This document shows positions 17,774-31,800 of a stretch of 64,000 nt of DNA, one piece after another. Both the position numbers and the translations under genes were made by a program. Position 1 is the stretch's first letter, and the number at the start of each line of letters is the position of its first letter. Where the stretch lies: the NCBI GenBank assembly GCA_039621445.1, contig CP154954.1:33825737-33889736 (forward strand), written 5' to 3'. Origin of the DNA: Euglena gracilis. Lineage: Eukaryota. The notes below the pieces were generated by a model, which saw only the letters and a list, made by a program, of their open reading frames with translations, searched no databases and was not told the DNA's origin.

Positions 17774-19049
17774 CTGGGGAGAGAAAGAGCCTTCCGCCTC
17801 TTTCACAGCACGCCTGTGGAATCCTGGAAACCTTCATTTGCCAAAATGGTTTGGCGGTCTGACTGAGCTGTCCATCTTTGTCCTGATGCTTAAACTTTCC
17901 AATAATTTAGCAGAACACTTATTCCTCAATACCCTGGGGATGCGGGCGGGCCTTTGTCCGTGTTGATTGAAACGGTCTATTGTGGATTGAAAAAAACACG
18001 GGGTAAAAAAAGAGGGAATGCTGATTAAGAGAATCACAAAAAAAATCCAAACCTGGCTTCTTCTTCTTTTCTAACCTTGGTCGCCTCCTCCAATGGCAAG
18101 CCCGCCAAGAGCCCCCTTCCGGAATGAGGGATTGGCTTTTTGTCCTGGCTGGGGCCGACCCAGCTGAAACGGTCATTTTTTTTCGGGCCCCCAGTGCCGT
18201 CAGCGCTGGGAGGGAGGTGCTGTGCATCAAGTGCAGAGGGTAATGCTGGGGCACTGCCCACCAAGACCTGACCCTGGGAGCCCCCCCCCCCTGCCTGCCT
18301 GCCTTGCCCCCCTTCCTGGAAAAAAATCTGGTTCATCGCTCCTTCTCATTCGGGCATTTTTTTCAGGAGCGATAAAATAAAATCCAATGTGCAATCAAAT
18401 AGAATTCCTTTGCTTGTGATTGCCCCCCCTCTACCTACTGCTCTTTTCCTCAAATATTCCTCACGATGGCGACAAATTGTGCAGAATGGAAGGCCAAGTT
18501 ACTGCAACCATTTCTGTTGGTTCGATTTCTGACTTGGGGAACCGGGGAGAGGAAGGAGCAAACCAGGTTCTTCCATCCAGCGCGATGTGTTAAATGAACC
18601 CTGTGGCAGTAGCCAGAGGCAAGGGCATGTTTCAGCTGAGAAGGAGGAGCGTTCGCACACAACACAACACAACACAACACAACACAACACAACACAACAC
18701 AACACAACACAACACAACACAACACACACACATATGCACACACACACTGCACCCAAACATACTACATGTGTGTGTGCACATACTCATGACACGGAGAGGG
18801 GCTACCGTACCCAGGGGTACCCACATTTGGGGTCCCAGAGCACCCATCCAGACTCCTTCAAAATTTGCAGGTTTTATGGCATCCGCATGTTTTTCACACC
18901 CGTAGACACTAATCCGGCCGACGCACTCGAATACCTATCCCGGGGAACATGATGGGAACCCACAACCGGTTTCCAGCTTAAGGGACAAATGACCGCTTCT
19001 TACAGGACCAGTGATGACCATACGCATTGGGGGTTGCACGCACGGATTT

Positions 19050-22000
19050 GAACCGGTGAAGCACCCCCTTGGCACGGGCGGGGCAGCAGCTGCCGGTCGA
19101 ACCGACACGGCTGCTGCCCGCCGTGCAGGACGCAGCGGCGCAGGGCCGGGTCCGCCGGGGCGAAGGAGAGGGGCAGCTCCGGGTCGTTGAAGGGATGAGC
19201 CCCGAGGCCCCTCTCTCCCCCACGACGCCCACCACACCCGGGGGGGGGGGGGGTGGCAAAATGCTGTCGTGGTCTCCCATGCTCCTGCCAATACATGAAA
19301 GGGAGTGAGCAAAAGAATGGTTTGCGGCAGGACTGGCCCACGCACGGCACATTGGGACACGTCCAACCTGCAAACACACACACACACGCACACACACACA
19401 CACACACACACGGGCATGCCTAACAGGAACAACAGCATCACACAGAGACAGGTGCACACAAGAGAAGAAAACACAGCAACCAGAGGGCCCCCGGCACATT
19501 GGTACAGTACTGGCAGGGCCGGCGCGCAGTCCCCGGCTGGTCCGCAGGTCTGGTTCCAGTGACCCGCCACGTCAAACACGCCGACCGTGTCCGCCTGGCC
19601 CCACTTCAGGGCGAAGTACGGCCGCCCCCCTTGCTGCCGCGCCGCGTGCTGCCGCGCCGCTGAGGAGAGGAAGGGTGCCCGGGGACAAAGAAGGCAAACT
19701 GGTGGTGGTGGTTGGAGCCCGCCCTGGACGCCGCCTCTTTCGGGCAGGCAACCCGCCTTGAAATGTTTCCAGCAGGGTTTGAGGGAGGAGTGCCACTGTT
19801 CAGCCGATGCCATGGCCCTCCCATTCCATTATCGGTGGTCAGCTCCTGATCAAAGAAAAGCACGGCCAGAGCTCATTTATTTCTCCCTCCTTGTTTGGCC
19901 TGGAAAGGGCTGAGGCACCCTTGCCATCAACACTGCACAGCCGCTTCGCCCACCCCTCATGCGCGGAAACTCCTTCTTTGGTCACCAATGGCTTCGTTCC
20001 GCTTCAGATGTGTCGTGCAAACCTGTGCTCTTCGAAAGCCAAGCAAGCTATACGAAAGCCCATCAGCCTGGCATTTGTGGGGCCATCGGGGGGTGTGGGC
20101 AGGGGAACAGATTCTTGAGCAACCTTCCAATGACGCCGCCTCACGCAGCCCCGCTGGGGGGGGGGACACACCGGGGGTGGCCAACGACCAGCTGGGGCCC
20201 TCCTCGTCGGGGAGGAGCCGGACGGCGGGGACCGTCCGCAGCCACAGCCCAGCGCGGCTGAGTCGCACCAAGTAGTCCGCCGCAGGCCGCGGGCGACCTT
20301 CTGGGGGGGCCGGGGCGGGGGGCGCTGTGCTCATGGCCCGGGGAAGGTTGGGGGGGGGGGGCAGGGGGCAAACACGGTCTGGCCAGGGCCCTCCTGGGAT
20401 GCCGGGTAGAAGTTGGGGTCGAACCGGCCAACCCGGGCCACCGCGGGCTGCAGCAGGGCGAAGCAGCGCGGCGGCGAGCAGTCCTTTGGGAACGGGCGGC
20501 GTTCCCGTGTCTCACTGGGCCGAGGCGTGCGTGTCAGGGAACAAAGAGTCGGAGGGCACAAAGACAAACAAAAAAGCAACAAAGACTGCACTGTAACGCA
20601 TTTGGGGGGCGAACCTGGCCGTGCAGGCAGCTTTTGTGCTCATCAGGCTTTGCTCAAAGACCCCAGGGGTCCACTAGGTAGTCATTTCACTGGCCACAAG
20701 GAAAAAGCCATTAGCTAGACCCCCCCTCCTCCCTGGGGGGTCTCGGGGTCCCCCCAACTGGGGAAAAAAGCTCCGGCGCACTGTGCGGCGAGGTGGAAAT
20801 GGAGGTGTCAAAATGCTTTTCGTTTGGCTGATTCTGTTCCAGAGAATCAAAAAAAAATCAAAATGGGCGATTGGGGCACGTCTTGGGGGTGAAAATTTTT
20901 TTCAGCGCTCTGCAGTCACTGGGGAAAAAACTCCATTATCTTGCCCAACTAGCAGCCCCCTCCCCTGGCAAACTTGGACCACTAATTTCCACTCGCAAAT
21001 TTCGACTAACGGCAATGGCGGGTGCTCATCCCAGAATTCGCTCATTCACTTTGGAGGAAAGGAAAAAATGCACCCCCCAAAAAATTTCCCTTGTGGAAAA
21101 AATCTGGGCGTGGAGGCTTGCTGTAAGTTAGCCCTGGAGGACCAAATGATGTGGAGGCAGGGTTCGATATAAGGACAGGTGGGGGGGTCCGGACACCCCC
21201 CCCTGCGGGCCAGGGGGGGGGGGGGGGGGGGGGGGACACCCCCCCCCCACCTAAACAGTGGCGCGGTCCGGGTGACCGATTTTCGGCCCGGCGCAAAGCG
21301 CCGGGCCAAAAATTTGACATCCAGCGAAATCAAAGCGCAAGCAGCACATAATGTTTTTCAGCAGGTCAATGGCAGAAAGTACCAAAAACTCCGGCGCGAA
21401 GCGCCGGAGGAAAAAATTGACCCTTTTTGGGGGGGTCCCGGGTACCCCCCCGGGGTCGGTCCGGACCCCCCTGGCAGGTGGGGGGGGGGGGTGGTCCAGA
21501 CCCCCCCCCTCCAGGCCAGGAGGGGGGGGGGTGGGGGGGACACCCCCCACCTAAACCATGTACGCCCTCCTTATATCGAACCCTGTGTGTAGGTGGATTA
21601 CACCAACTGCACAAAAATTGAAAAGAAGAAATGTGTTGAAATGAAGAGGAATGGGGAAAAGACTGCTCGGTCCATAACCCGATTGTGTGCAGCGTTCCGC
21701 AGACATACAATTGCCTGACAGAATTCCTGATTGAGTTCAGACCACAGGCAACTGCTACATGAACCAAAATTCCAAAGCGGTTTTCCGATGGCACCCGTGC
21801 GTCAGGGGGAAAGCCAATTACTGTGGCGAGGAGAAAGCGTGAATTCATTCAGCCTGCTTCGTGTGGATGTGACGTTGGGGAGGGCATGCTGGGAGACACC
21901 GGTCGTTTTTGTTTGAACGCATTCCACCAACCAACTGCCACACACAAATGGAGCCCAATGCGCGGGCGGCCTTAAGGTGTGTCGGCCAGAATTTGGTGCG

Positions 22001-22130
22001 TTCTCCCGTGTGCTGCCACTTTGGCCCGCCGACCAGGCAATGGCGTGGCCGGGGGCCAGGAGGACCGCCGGGCTGCGGCCCTGGGCCACCAGCTGCTGTT
22101 GCTCCCACACCGCGGCGAGGAACTGGGCGA
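19050..22130 (-). CDS. Probable upstream exons of the DxD-motif gene (~19060-19235, ~19495-19660, ~20170-20285, ~20400-20490, ~22020-22110)
   Basis: GC-rich coding-like islands, e.g. GRPYFALKWGQADTVGVFDVAGHWNQTCGP and DYLVRLSRAGLWLRTVP. Splice sites not resolved. Confidence 0.4.
21158..21585. mobile_element. hAT-type MITE
   Basis: Perfect 18-bp TIR CAGGGTTCGATATAAGGA. 8-bp flanks TGTGGAGG/TGTGTAGG match at 7 of 8 positions. Confidence 0.85.
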
Positions 22131-24121
22131 ACCCCCCTGTGGCGAGGCATTGTTGGACAGGGCGTCGCTTGGCAACGCGGGGGTCCAGCTCAAAGGCTGG
22201 ACAATTTGGGCTGGCTGGAAAAAGGCTGCTGGCTGACCCCCCCCACAGAGGCCCCCCGGCTGGAACTGAGTCCCAGCTAGGGTCAAACCGGGTGGCAAGA
22301 AAAAGCGAAACTTCAAAAACTTCAAAAAAATCTGCCAGTTATGCAAAAAAAAATCAGTTTTTTTTTGAAATTTGCCCTGGGCAGCCCAAAATCCGACCCA
22401 ATTTCGCCCATTTTTGGCCCATCTTTGCACTCCCAGAAAACCAAAAATCTGTTACGGTCCGGCCGCCCTTCCTGCAGCTGGACAATAATTGAAACTCGTC
22501 GACGTTGGGGAGGGGGGTCCGGGGCTGGAAAAAAGCTGCTGGCTGAGTGGACCCCTCTTCCCCCATTTTATGGCCCCACAACGACGCCCTGGGGTGGGCG
22601 TCGTTGTGGGGCCATACAGTCCGGTTGTCAAACAGATGACGTTTCTCGTTTTGGGGGGGGGGTCCAGGTTGTATGGGAAGGCCTCATTTAAAGGGGGGGT
22701 CGATCCCCCCATGGCAGTTCGCAACAAGGAAGAATTTGATCTAAAAATTGGCGCCATGGGAATACGGGAAGGGATGGGAGTGGGGGGGGGGGGTTGGACC
22801 TCCCCCACCAGGATGGCCCATCACACCCCCACATCCCCTCCACACCCAGCACCCCAGGGTTTCGGGTAGTCCCATGCAGCCCGGCTGTTCCAACAATTTA
22901 CAAACATTTTTGCTTTTGAAGCAAGAACCCAGTCACTAAAACCTTGAGAAAGATACAGTTACGGACCGTCAAAAAAAAGACGCAAAAGCACAAATAAAAG
23001 CATACCCCGATTTTGTGCATTCTGGCTGTGTTAAAGCCACAAATTCCTTTAAACCAACCAAAGATTTTTGAAAATTTTAAAAAAAAAAAAAAAAAAAAAG
23101 AAATTTAATAGCCAAATAATAAAAAAAAAAAAAAAAAAAAAAATGGTAATTAGTTCTTTTTTCGCAAACCATTTTTTTTAAAAAAACTTTCAGTTCTTTC
23201 TGGGGGACACAAGAAAGGTCATCTGACAGAAGAAGCAAACAGCAACTGTGTTCCCGATCAACACCTGTCAACCAAATTTTATCTTCCAAATGCTCGTCAG
23301 AATGAGGCCAAGAACACCAAAGACACGAGGGCAAAATATTCGTGTTGTACAGTGTTCATTGGTCGAACTGGGGCACGATGAAAAAAAGGGTCCGCTGGTG
23401 ACTCAGAATGCAGTAGGTCGGAGCACCTGGAGGAAACACTACACTTTCGTCGAACAGCAGCCACGCCGAGGCGGACGGGTCATATGAGATGGCAGAGTTC
23501 CACAGCTCTGCAGGTCCTGCCGAGGCTGCGATCGTTCCCGGAGGCAAAGCGACCTGCACCATCGACGGTGGATTGTGACAAAAGAAGCGCAAGGGAGGGA
23601 ATCCCATGAAATGTTGAACTTTGAGAATGAAAAATTCAGGAGGATGCCATTATCCAAGAAACCAGAAAAAAAGGCTAACTCCCTTTCAAAATTTTTTTTT
23701 GTTTATTTACATATTTTTCTTGCTTTGTCTGGCGTCCTTTGCGTCAATTGCCAAAAAAAAACGAACGATCGCATGTGGCACCACAAACTGCAAATGATGG
23801 AATTTAAATCCAGGCTGTGCACAGGTGGGTTGCTTGCTCGCTGAGGGTAACTGCGTGGCTGACAAAAACTGTCAAAGGTGTTCGCTCACAGAAAAAAAAA
23901 GATTTTCCAGTTTTCAACCACAGTGATGTGAACCCCATTAAAATTCTGATTTATAAATGGCAGTTTTGAAATTGTGGGCTCTCAAATTGTGGTTAACTTT
24001 TTTTTCACGCATTATCATCCCCATCCATCCTAATAAAAACCCAAATCCGCACGTGCTGTGGAGGTGAAAATGGAGAAACTCGGCATGTTCCAGGGTCATT
24101 GAATGGGATCCCTGACCTCCG

Positions 24122-24250
24122 TCCCCCCCGGTTTTACGTGTGCCCCGGGGGACCAGAAATCGAAGGCCAAATGTGTTTATATATATATAAACACATTTGG
24201 TAGCCTTAGATTTCTGGTCCCCCGGGGGGCACACGTAAAACCGGGGGGGG

Positions 24251-24251
<1 letters not shown>
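24122..24251. repeat. Near-perfect ~130-bp palindrome centred on (AT)n
   Basis: Arms CCCCCCGGTTTTACGTGTGCCCC...CAAATGTGTTTAT and its reverse complement, with no spacer. Confidence 0.85.
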
Positions 24252-24302
<51 letters not shown>

Positions 24303-27300
24303 GCATGTATGTATATATACGCATACATATATATGTATACATATCCCAAAGTAAGTGATTTCTCAGTTTCAGCTTTTTTGGGTGTTCAAATAGCACATGT
24401 GTTTGAATGCGTGCATGATAGTGGAGAATGACGAAGGGGAGTTTGAGTGATGCTGAGCCAGAAGCTGGGTTGGTGCTTTTGAACTATTCAGGCACTGGGG
24501 AGGCAGTGGCTGTTCCAATCAGGCGAGTCATGGGCGGTAGGCTGTGGAGCCTCAGTGACGTTGAAATTGATATTTTTTGAGATCTTGGTCCCATTTTTGG
24601 GATTAAATCTTCGGATATTAAGAAATTTATACCAGAATACAAAAATGGAACCCCCTGGTGTGTTAGAGGAAAGAGGATCAACTACCCCCTCCTTTGTCAG
24701 ACCGCCACCCCTGGTCGTTGACTGCGGGTTTCATGAATTTCATTTTTGTGTTGTTCCCCTTGTTGAACAGAAAGAGGATTTCTACAAAGAAAAAGATGTG
24801 CACTATATTTAGGGCATATCAAGGAAAAACACAAAACCACCTCCCAAACCAACGCCATGTGGCGGCAAAAAGGCCAATTTTTTGTCTTTTTGAAAAATGC
24901 ATCATTTTTTCAAAAAGTTTGTAAACACAATTTTTGCTTTTCTTGGCATTGTTCATTTAAACTTGAAATGGCCCCGGGGTCACCACTTCAAACAACCACT
25001 TTTTCCCTGCCATTCAATTCGAAAAAGACCACGGAGGGTTGTGGGTCGGACACCCCTGTCACCCCTGTCACCAATTGGGTGGGGAATTCTTTTAGCCCTA
25101 AACGCCCTCCCCCAAATAGTATGGCACTGCAGCACTATTGGACGGCTGCCTCCGGCGGCAGGGGGTGCAGCACTATTTCGACCCTTCCGTACTATTAGAC
25201 TAGATGCCTCTTAGTCCCGGCTAAACACTACAGGCACCCTTTTTGCCCACTCAATGTCCGACTCTGAGGCTAGCAAGGTGCACTCCGGTGCCCCCAGCCT
25301 GTCGGATTGGGGGGGGGCACTATTGGACGCTCGCTTAATCCGGCGGGGGTGTGCAGCACTATCTGGCCCCAAATGGCAGTACAACCTGTTCCCCTTACAT
25401 GGCCACATGGGAAACCATGATTTGGCCCCAAAACTGGAAACCGATCGGGGGTTCCCATTGTGTTCCCCGGGAAAGCTATTTTGATGGGCCGGTCGGATTA
25501 GTTCCTAAGGGTCAGAAAAACATGAGTATGTAAGAAAAATATAAAGGTATAGAAAGTGTTAGAGGGGTGGAAGAGGGAGGGGCCCCAAATGGCCCAACAG
25601 GATATTTGGCATTTCACAATTTTTTGGGGCTCAAAAAGGGCCCAAAATTGGCTTAAAAATGGCCATGTCTCGGGCTCGGCGGAGAGTTATCAGAAAACCA
25701 AAATACAGTTTGATGAGGCTTTTAAGTTCTTCTTTTGATGTTTCAAATTTTTTTGATTTGCTTCATTTTTGAGAAATGCCATCTCGCAATATTTTGGGAC
25801 CAAAAGCGGCCCAAAATATTCGAAAAACGCTATTTCTTGGGGCAGGCGGGGAGGCAAGAACAGCAATGTACAGGTGTGTGATGGGTTCTTTTGATTCCCC
25901 ATCATTTCTTAAAGATGTGGATCAATCAATTTTTTGCCCCAAAAATAGTTGGCAAAGTCGGAAACCTGCAAAAAAGACGCTGTTTTGGGTGTAAATTGGC
26001 CATACCTTGGGTCTAACTAGAATATGGAGAACATGATAACTGCATTTGAAATTTGTGACTTTTTTGATGAAATCTATTGTTCACAATTTTCATTGTTCAC
26101 AAAAAAAAGGAAGGGGAAATAAAAGAAATGGAAAAGGTGGGAAAATGGAAAAAGGAAAAATGAAAGAGGGGAATAAAATATCATCTGAATATTCCACATT
26201 TTCAAGTGAATGCAACTTTTGCATTCTCTTGAGAATGTGTAATATTCAGAGGATGTTTTATTCCCCTCTTTCATTTTTTTATTTTTCTTTTCTCAATTAC
26301 TCTTTATCTATATTTTTTATGTAATTATTGTATTATATTATTGTATTTTTTACATGCCTTTAATTTCAAGCGTGCTGTGCATTCAAACAATTTCTCGGTG
26401 CTTTGGTTTTGGTAAAAGTGTCGTCAAATGTCATTTTGAGCAACTCACAACTGACAAACAATGGAGGAGCAGCCAATCATGATTTGTATATAATTCATTG
26501 GAAATCCAACCAAATGTTTGGATTTTTTTTTAGCAAATGGAATGACCTACTCCCCCAACATAAATTACCCTATATGAAAACTAATTTTGTGTCTAGCCTG
26601 ATTTACGCCCATTCCACTGGGCCATTCCAATGTAGAACAGGGTCTATCTGCCAGCAACAAAAAGAAATTTCAAACTGTGCCGAGTCATCAAATAGGCTCA
26701 GTATAATAGAATTCAAGCCCCTGCAACGCCCCATCTAACGATACCTGGTTTTTCTGGTAACTCGATGGCAAGCTCAAGTTACGCCCCAAATCCCCATCAC
26801 CGTTTTTTGACGTGGGTTTAATCTTTTTTTGGCGCAAAAAAAATAGCACCAAATGCCAAATGTCTCCAAAATGAAGCAAAGTCGAGCAAAAAAACGTCAT
26901 TTTGAAGCCATTAAAATGCCCTATCTGATGGTATTTTGATTTATCCACAACTCCCCGCTCACCTTTAGAAGCTGCCAGTGCTAACCCCCCAGCAAAATTT
27001 CATTTGAAAGTAAATGCCCTGCCTGATGGCAGTTTGATTTCCCCACAATTCCGCCGAGCCCGAAATATGGCCAATTTGCTGTTTTCGCCATTTTATTGCT
27101 CCAAACTTTCTCAAAAATGATGGGGAATCAAAGGAAATGTCCGGCGACCTAAAATAAAGCACTGGGAACTCCCCACATATCCGTCAATTCATGTTCCATA
27201 ACTCCCCGCCTGGCCCAAGAAAGGGCCTTTTTGAAACATTTTTGGTCACAAAAAACCGCAAAATGCCAACCACATCGGAAAATGAAGCAAAATAAAGGAA

Positions 27301-27408
27301 AAGATCTGCAGACTGAAATTGAGGCCCTTAAGGCATCCAAATGGAATGGTATTTGTCTTCCCCGTGACTCCACAGCTTGCCTGGGTGATGACCATTTCTA
27401 CTACAAAA

Positions 27409-27566
27409 AAGGGGTGGCGGACGCCGGTTCTGTCCAAAACCCGGCGTTCCGGACGCCGGTTCCGTCCTTCGGACGGAACCGGCGCCCTTCGGACGGTTCC
27501 GTCCGAAGGACGGAACCGGCGTCCGGAACGCCGGGTTTTGGACAGAACCGGCGTCCGCCACCCCTT
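27409..27566. repeat. Perfect 72-bp inverted repeat with 14-nt loop
   Basis: 27409-27480 is the exact reverse complement of 27495-27566. Confidence 0.95.
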
Positions 27567-27572
27567 GTTTAA

Positions 27573-28364
27573 AGCGGCGTTTTAGAGACGCCAGGCTCAG
27601 GACAGAACCGGCGTCCCCACCCTTCGGTCAAAGGACACTCCCAGGACCAATCTCCGACCACTTATCTGCAATGTCACGCCACTTTGCATTTCATCAAATT
27701 CCGGCGATCGCGAGGGTATTTCTGGCTGAGTCAATCGTCCAGGTACAAAGTCACCCCTCAATCGAAAGCTCTTTTCATCAGACGACTGGCGATCACCACC
27801 AAATTCAGCCACGCCGCCTGGAGCTCTTATTTTCCGTCACTGGGAAATCCTAATTTCACAACTCTGGTGCCCCCCGGGACCGCTCTGGTGGGTGATTCGA
27901 AGAGAAAAAACGTTTCTGTAAGGTTTATTCAGCATCTTAAACCAAAAATCACTGAAAATTGCCACAAATTTCGACTCAGATTCTGGCCGATCCGACGATC
28001 GCGAGCGTATCTCGGGCTGCGTGCAAGGTTAGAGTACCAAGTTACCCCTCGATCGAAAGCTCTTTTCAACAGACGACCAGCGGTGCTCATCAGATCTTTC
28101 CACGCTGCACGGTACTCTATTTCCAAATCTGGGCCAATTTTCACCAAATTTGGATATCCACCCCAGTGGTCCCCAAATGGCAAAATTCATTGTCCTAGAT
28201 GGTTGAAACAGTCATACCAGCACCTTAGGGCCACTTTTGGGCACCTTTGGTGACATTTTTAGGAATGAAAACCGGACGCCGGGTTTTAGGACAGAACCGG
28301 CGTCCGTAAAACCCGTGGGGTGGGACGCCGATTCTGTCCTGAACCCGGCGTCTCAAACGCCGGT
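27573..28364. mobile_element. Non-autonomous TIR element flanked by TTAA (Kolobok- or piggyBac-type target)
   Basis: TTAA at 27569-27572 and 28365-28368; ~50-bp imperfect TIRs containing GGACAGAACCGGCGTCC; internal ~120-bp diverged direct duplication (~27700 and ~27990). Confidence 0.65.
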
Positions 28365-28677
28365 TTAAGGAGCTCTGAGCTGATGGCACCATCAATCAGG
28401 GAAAGAGCTCAGCACTGCACAAAACTTGGTGAATTGTTGGTTCAGCACATGGTGTGGTCATAATGGCCCACTGCCTACCAGGGCCATATTTTCTTTACCT
28501 CACAGAAAACAAGCATTCACTTTGTTCATTGGTGAGCAGACTCGTCGCTAGCAAAACTAGAAATTTCTTGTGATGCGAGCACCCTGGAACAATATTTTGT
28601 GTCTGGGACACGGGGGGGGACGCGGGGGGGGGGACGCGGGGGGGGGACGCGGGCGAGACGCCATTTTTGGGACAGTG

Positions 28678-28850
28678 AAATTAGGAATTTGCCGTGAGAA
28701 AATTTTAGCCAAATTAGGATTCTACCACAACAAATTAGGACAAACCCACCCCAAAGCAGGAATCACCCACTGCAAGTTAGGAATCACCCACACCAAATTA
28801 GGAATCACCAACCTCAAATTTGCCTGAAATTAGGAATCAGCCTCCTAAAT
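28678..28850 (+). repeat. Degenerate 21-bp minisatellite (AAATTAGGAATCACCCACACC-like)
   Basis: About 6-7 visible units. Confidence 0.7.
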
Positions 28851-31800
28851 TGGCTGTCTCGAGAACAAAATTATGGTTCCAAAGTGGGACGCGAGGGGGG
28901 GGGACGCGGGGGGGGGGGACACGGGGGGACGCGGGGGAGACACCCCCTCTTGTGTGTGTTTCTCTGTGCTGTTTCTCTGTGCTCTGCAACCAAAAAAATT
29001 ATTCACTGCTGCAAGAGAGTTCTGCTCCACGTTGACTTTTTATTTTGTGCTTCGCCATGGCCACAACAGAAAAAAAATTTTGCCACCTCCGTGTCTGCTG
29101 TGTGACAAAAAAATTGTAATCCTTGTCAACAACTGTTAAAACTTTGACAAAGACGAACAAATACAACCAGCCATTTTGTCCACGCCTGATTGTGCCCATC
29201 AACTTTGAGACGTTGCATTGCATCTGATGCTTTGGAGGAGTTGCCTTGCTGCACAATGACAAGACGAGAATGGAAACCATTTGCTGTGGCACCTTGCAGC
29301 GAACAATCAAAAATAACAGAATTGCATTAATGAAGAATAAGGGAATCGTTTTAATCCATGGGTGGCCAGTGTTCACCAACATTCGACAATCCATATGTGA
29401 ATATTTGATCTAATCCGCAAAATTAATCATTAATAGAATCACTGTGACCTCAATGAAAATTCCATTTGGACACCCGAACTTTTTCCGACTTTCACCGCAC
29501 CAAAATCATCCAAAACAACTGTTTCCATAATAAAAATGCCACGACCGGCACTGAAAACACTGTTTCACTGAAAGCACTCTGGCCTTTCAGGCGGAAATTT
29601 AAGACCCTCCAGGTCTAATGCCAAAAAGGATTTTCACATCTGGTGGCCATGTTAAACTTGAATTTGTTGTTCTGATCCTTGCCAACGTCATCCACACCAA
29701 ATCGGCTGAATTGCCGTCGTGAGTCGCAAAAATCATCCAACTCTGAATGGTCCCCAATTGAACATCTTGGATGGATATTGATGATAATAATCGCAACAAC
29801 AAGTTGCAGCTTGGCCTTGCTGCTTGGTGATTGGGAGACATTCTAATTGGGAAACACCAGCCATCAGGGGGGGGGGGCATGCTATTTTCAATTTGCTGAT
29901 GACATTCATGGAGAAATGATCTTGATGACATTTCATGGATGGGTCGTAAACACAACCATCCATGCGAACTGCACTTGAGTTATGGTATCACAATTGCGTC
30001 TTGTTTTGAGCCCCCCATTTTCCATTGACGGTGCTCCCCCAAGAGAGATGCAATTTGACCCAATGGTGGTCCCCAAGAGAGGTTCAAAGAAACCCAAAGA
30101 CCCAAAGAAAAGACCCAAAGAAAAACATCTCAATTTAATATTTTCAGTTTTTGAGGTAGAGATAGGGTTTTGTGACTTAGACGTCTTGCTCCATTGGAGG
30201 CTTGGGGGGGGAGGTCCGGACCCCCCCCCCCGAAATTTGGGAAAAGGTGGTTCTGGCAACCCAACCAGACTGCCAAACCATGAGAGACTCACCAAAAACC
30301 CTAGAAGGGAGTCAAAAAAACATCCCTATGAATTTTGTTTGAACACCTCTTCTTTTCCAGAAGTAAAAATAGAACAAAAAAGGTTTTGAACTTCTAGTGG
30401 GATGTCAAATTAGTAACTCTTCACTCTCTTGGTGCAACTGTCCTCTGCAAGGCAAATCAAGGATGGGATTGCCACAGCAACGCCCATCCGGGGCGAGTTC
30501 CTATTATAATTGCAAGTATTGGTAATGCAAGGGACACTTCATGTTGCAACGCAATGTCAAGCACTTGCTTGAGGGGCAGCAGGACTTCATTTTTTGAGTT
30601 TGTCGTGAACCTCAACTGGTTTTTCAAAAACAACCCAGAAGGACAAGGCAACATAGATGGTCTTCCTTAGGGACTTTGCATTTATGCTTTGAATTTGTAT
30701 AGACAAGCAGAATGGGGGGTCCAAACCAGCCAGTTTGAGGCGAGAGAAATGGAACATCAATTTTTTTGGTGAGAAAACTGGGGGGACCTGTGCCTTCCCA
30801 AAACATCGTCAAATCATCCTGCCAACGCAAGCAGACCTTCTATTCTTTGCAAATGGCCAGGCTTCTTCCATTTAAAAAAAATGGGTCTGTAACATTGCAA
30901 CATTGTGTTACAATGTGTTTTTGCATTGTAAAACATCAGCAAACACTTTCTAAACATTTCGGGCTCAATCGGGTACTTTGGTGCGTTGTTTGTAGATTTC
31001 AATGTTGCAGGCAAACATCCACACCCCTACCCGCACCATACACCTCAACACCGTTTGGTGAAACCAACATGGCGTATGTGCTCTTCAACAAATCGAATTT
31101 GCAGGTGCTTGGGAAAGGCTGGGTGGGGAATCAGATGTCCACTTTGGAAACGAAATGAACAATAATAACAAAAGGACCGCAAAAATCCACAAGAGCCACA
31201 AGGTTCGCATCCATCCAGAACTGAAAGGAACAAAGAATGACGCTCGAATGTTTGTTCACCGTTTGGAAGTTCACCAGGGCACAGACTCCGTCCCCCACCC
31301 CATTTCATGGCCAACCAAACAATGAAATCCACCAGGGATAATAACAATAACAATAAAATTTGAGATTTCTCAGAAATTTATAAAGAGCCAAGCGAATCTC
31401 GCACGAAGTCGATCAATTTCACAAACGACAAAATTTCACTTTTTTTTTTTGAAAAACACAAAAAAAAGACAAAGACCACTCCTTTGGCAATGCACAAGTT
31501 CTCACGAGGCGGTGGTCCCTTGGTGTGGAAGTAGGATTGCTTATTTCAACCTCCCCCGAAATATGCCAAAAACCAATCCTTGACCATACTTTAAGGACCT
31601 CAATTATTTTGAGCTTGGGTTGATTTTTTTGAGTTGGTTGAGGTGGATTGGACGCCAGGGGGCTCTTTGCATACTTACAATGCTTTTGACGTTGGCCTTG
31701 CAATGAATGCCGGTGTAACAACCAACTTCTCCATGGTTGATGTTGGTGAAACAACAACATGATGGAGTTGTTGGGAAAAAAATCTTTCTCAAGAAATGTA

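Noticed and set aside
29150-31400. AT-rich region with hints of a decayed DNA transposase
   Set aside because: No recognisable catalytic or dimerisation motif could be read with confidence.
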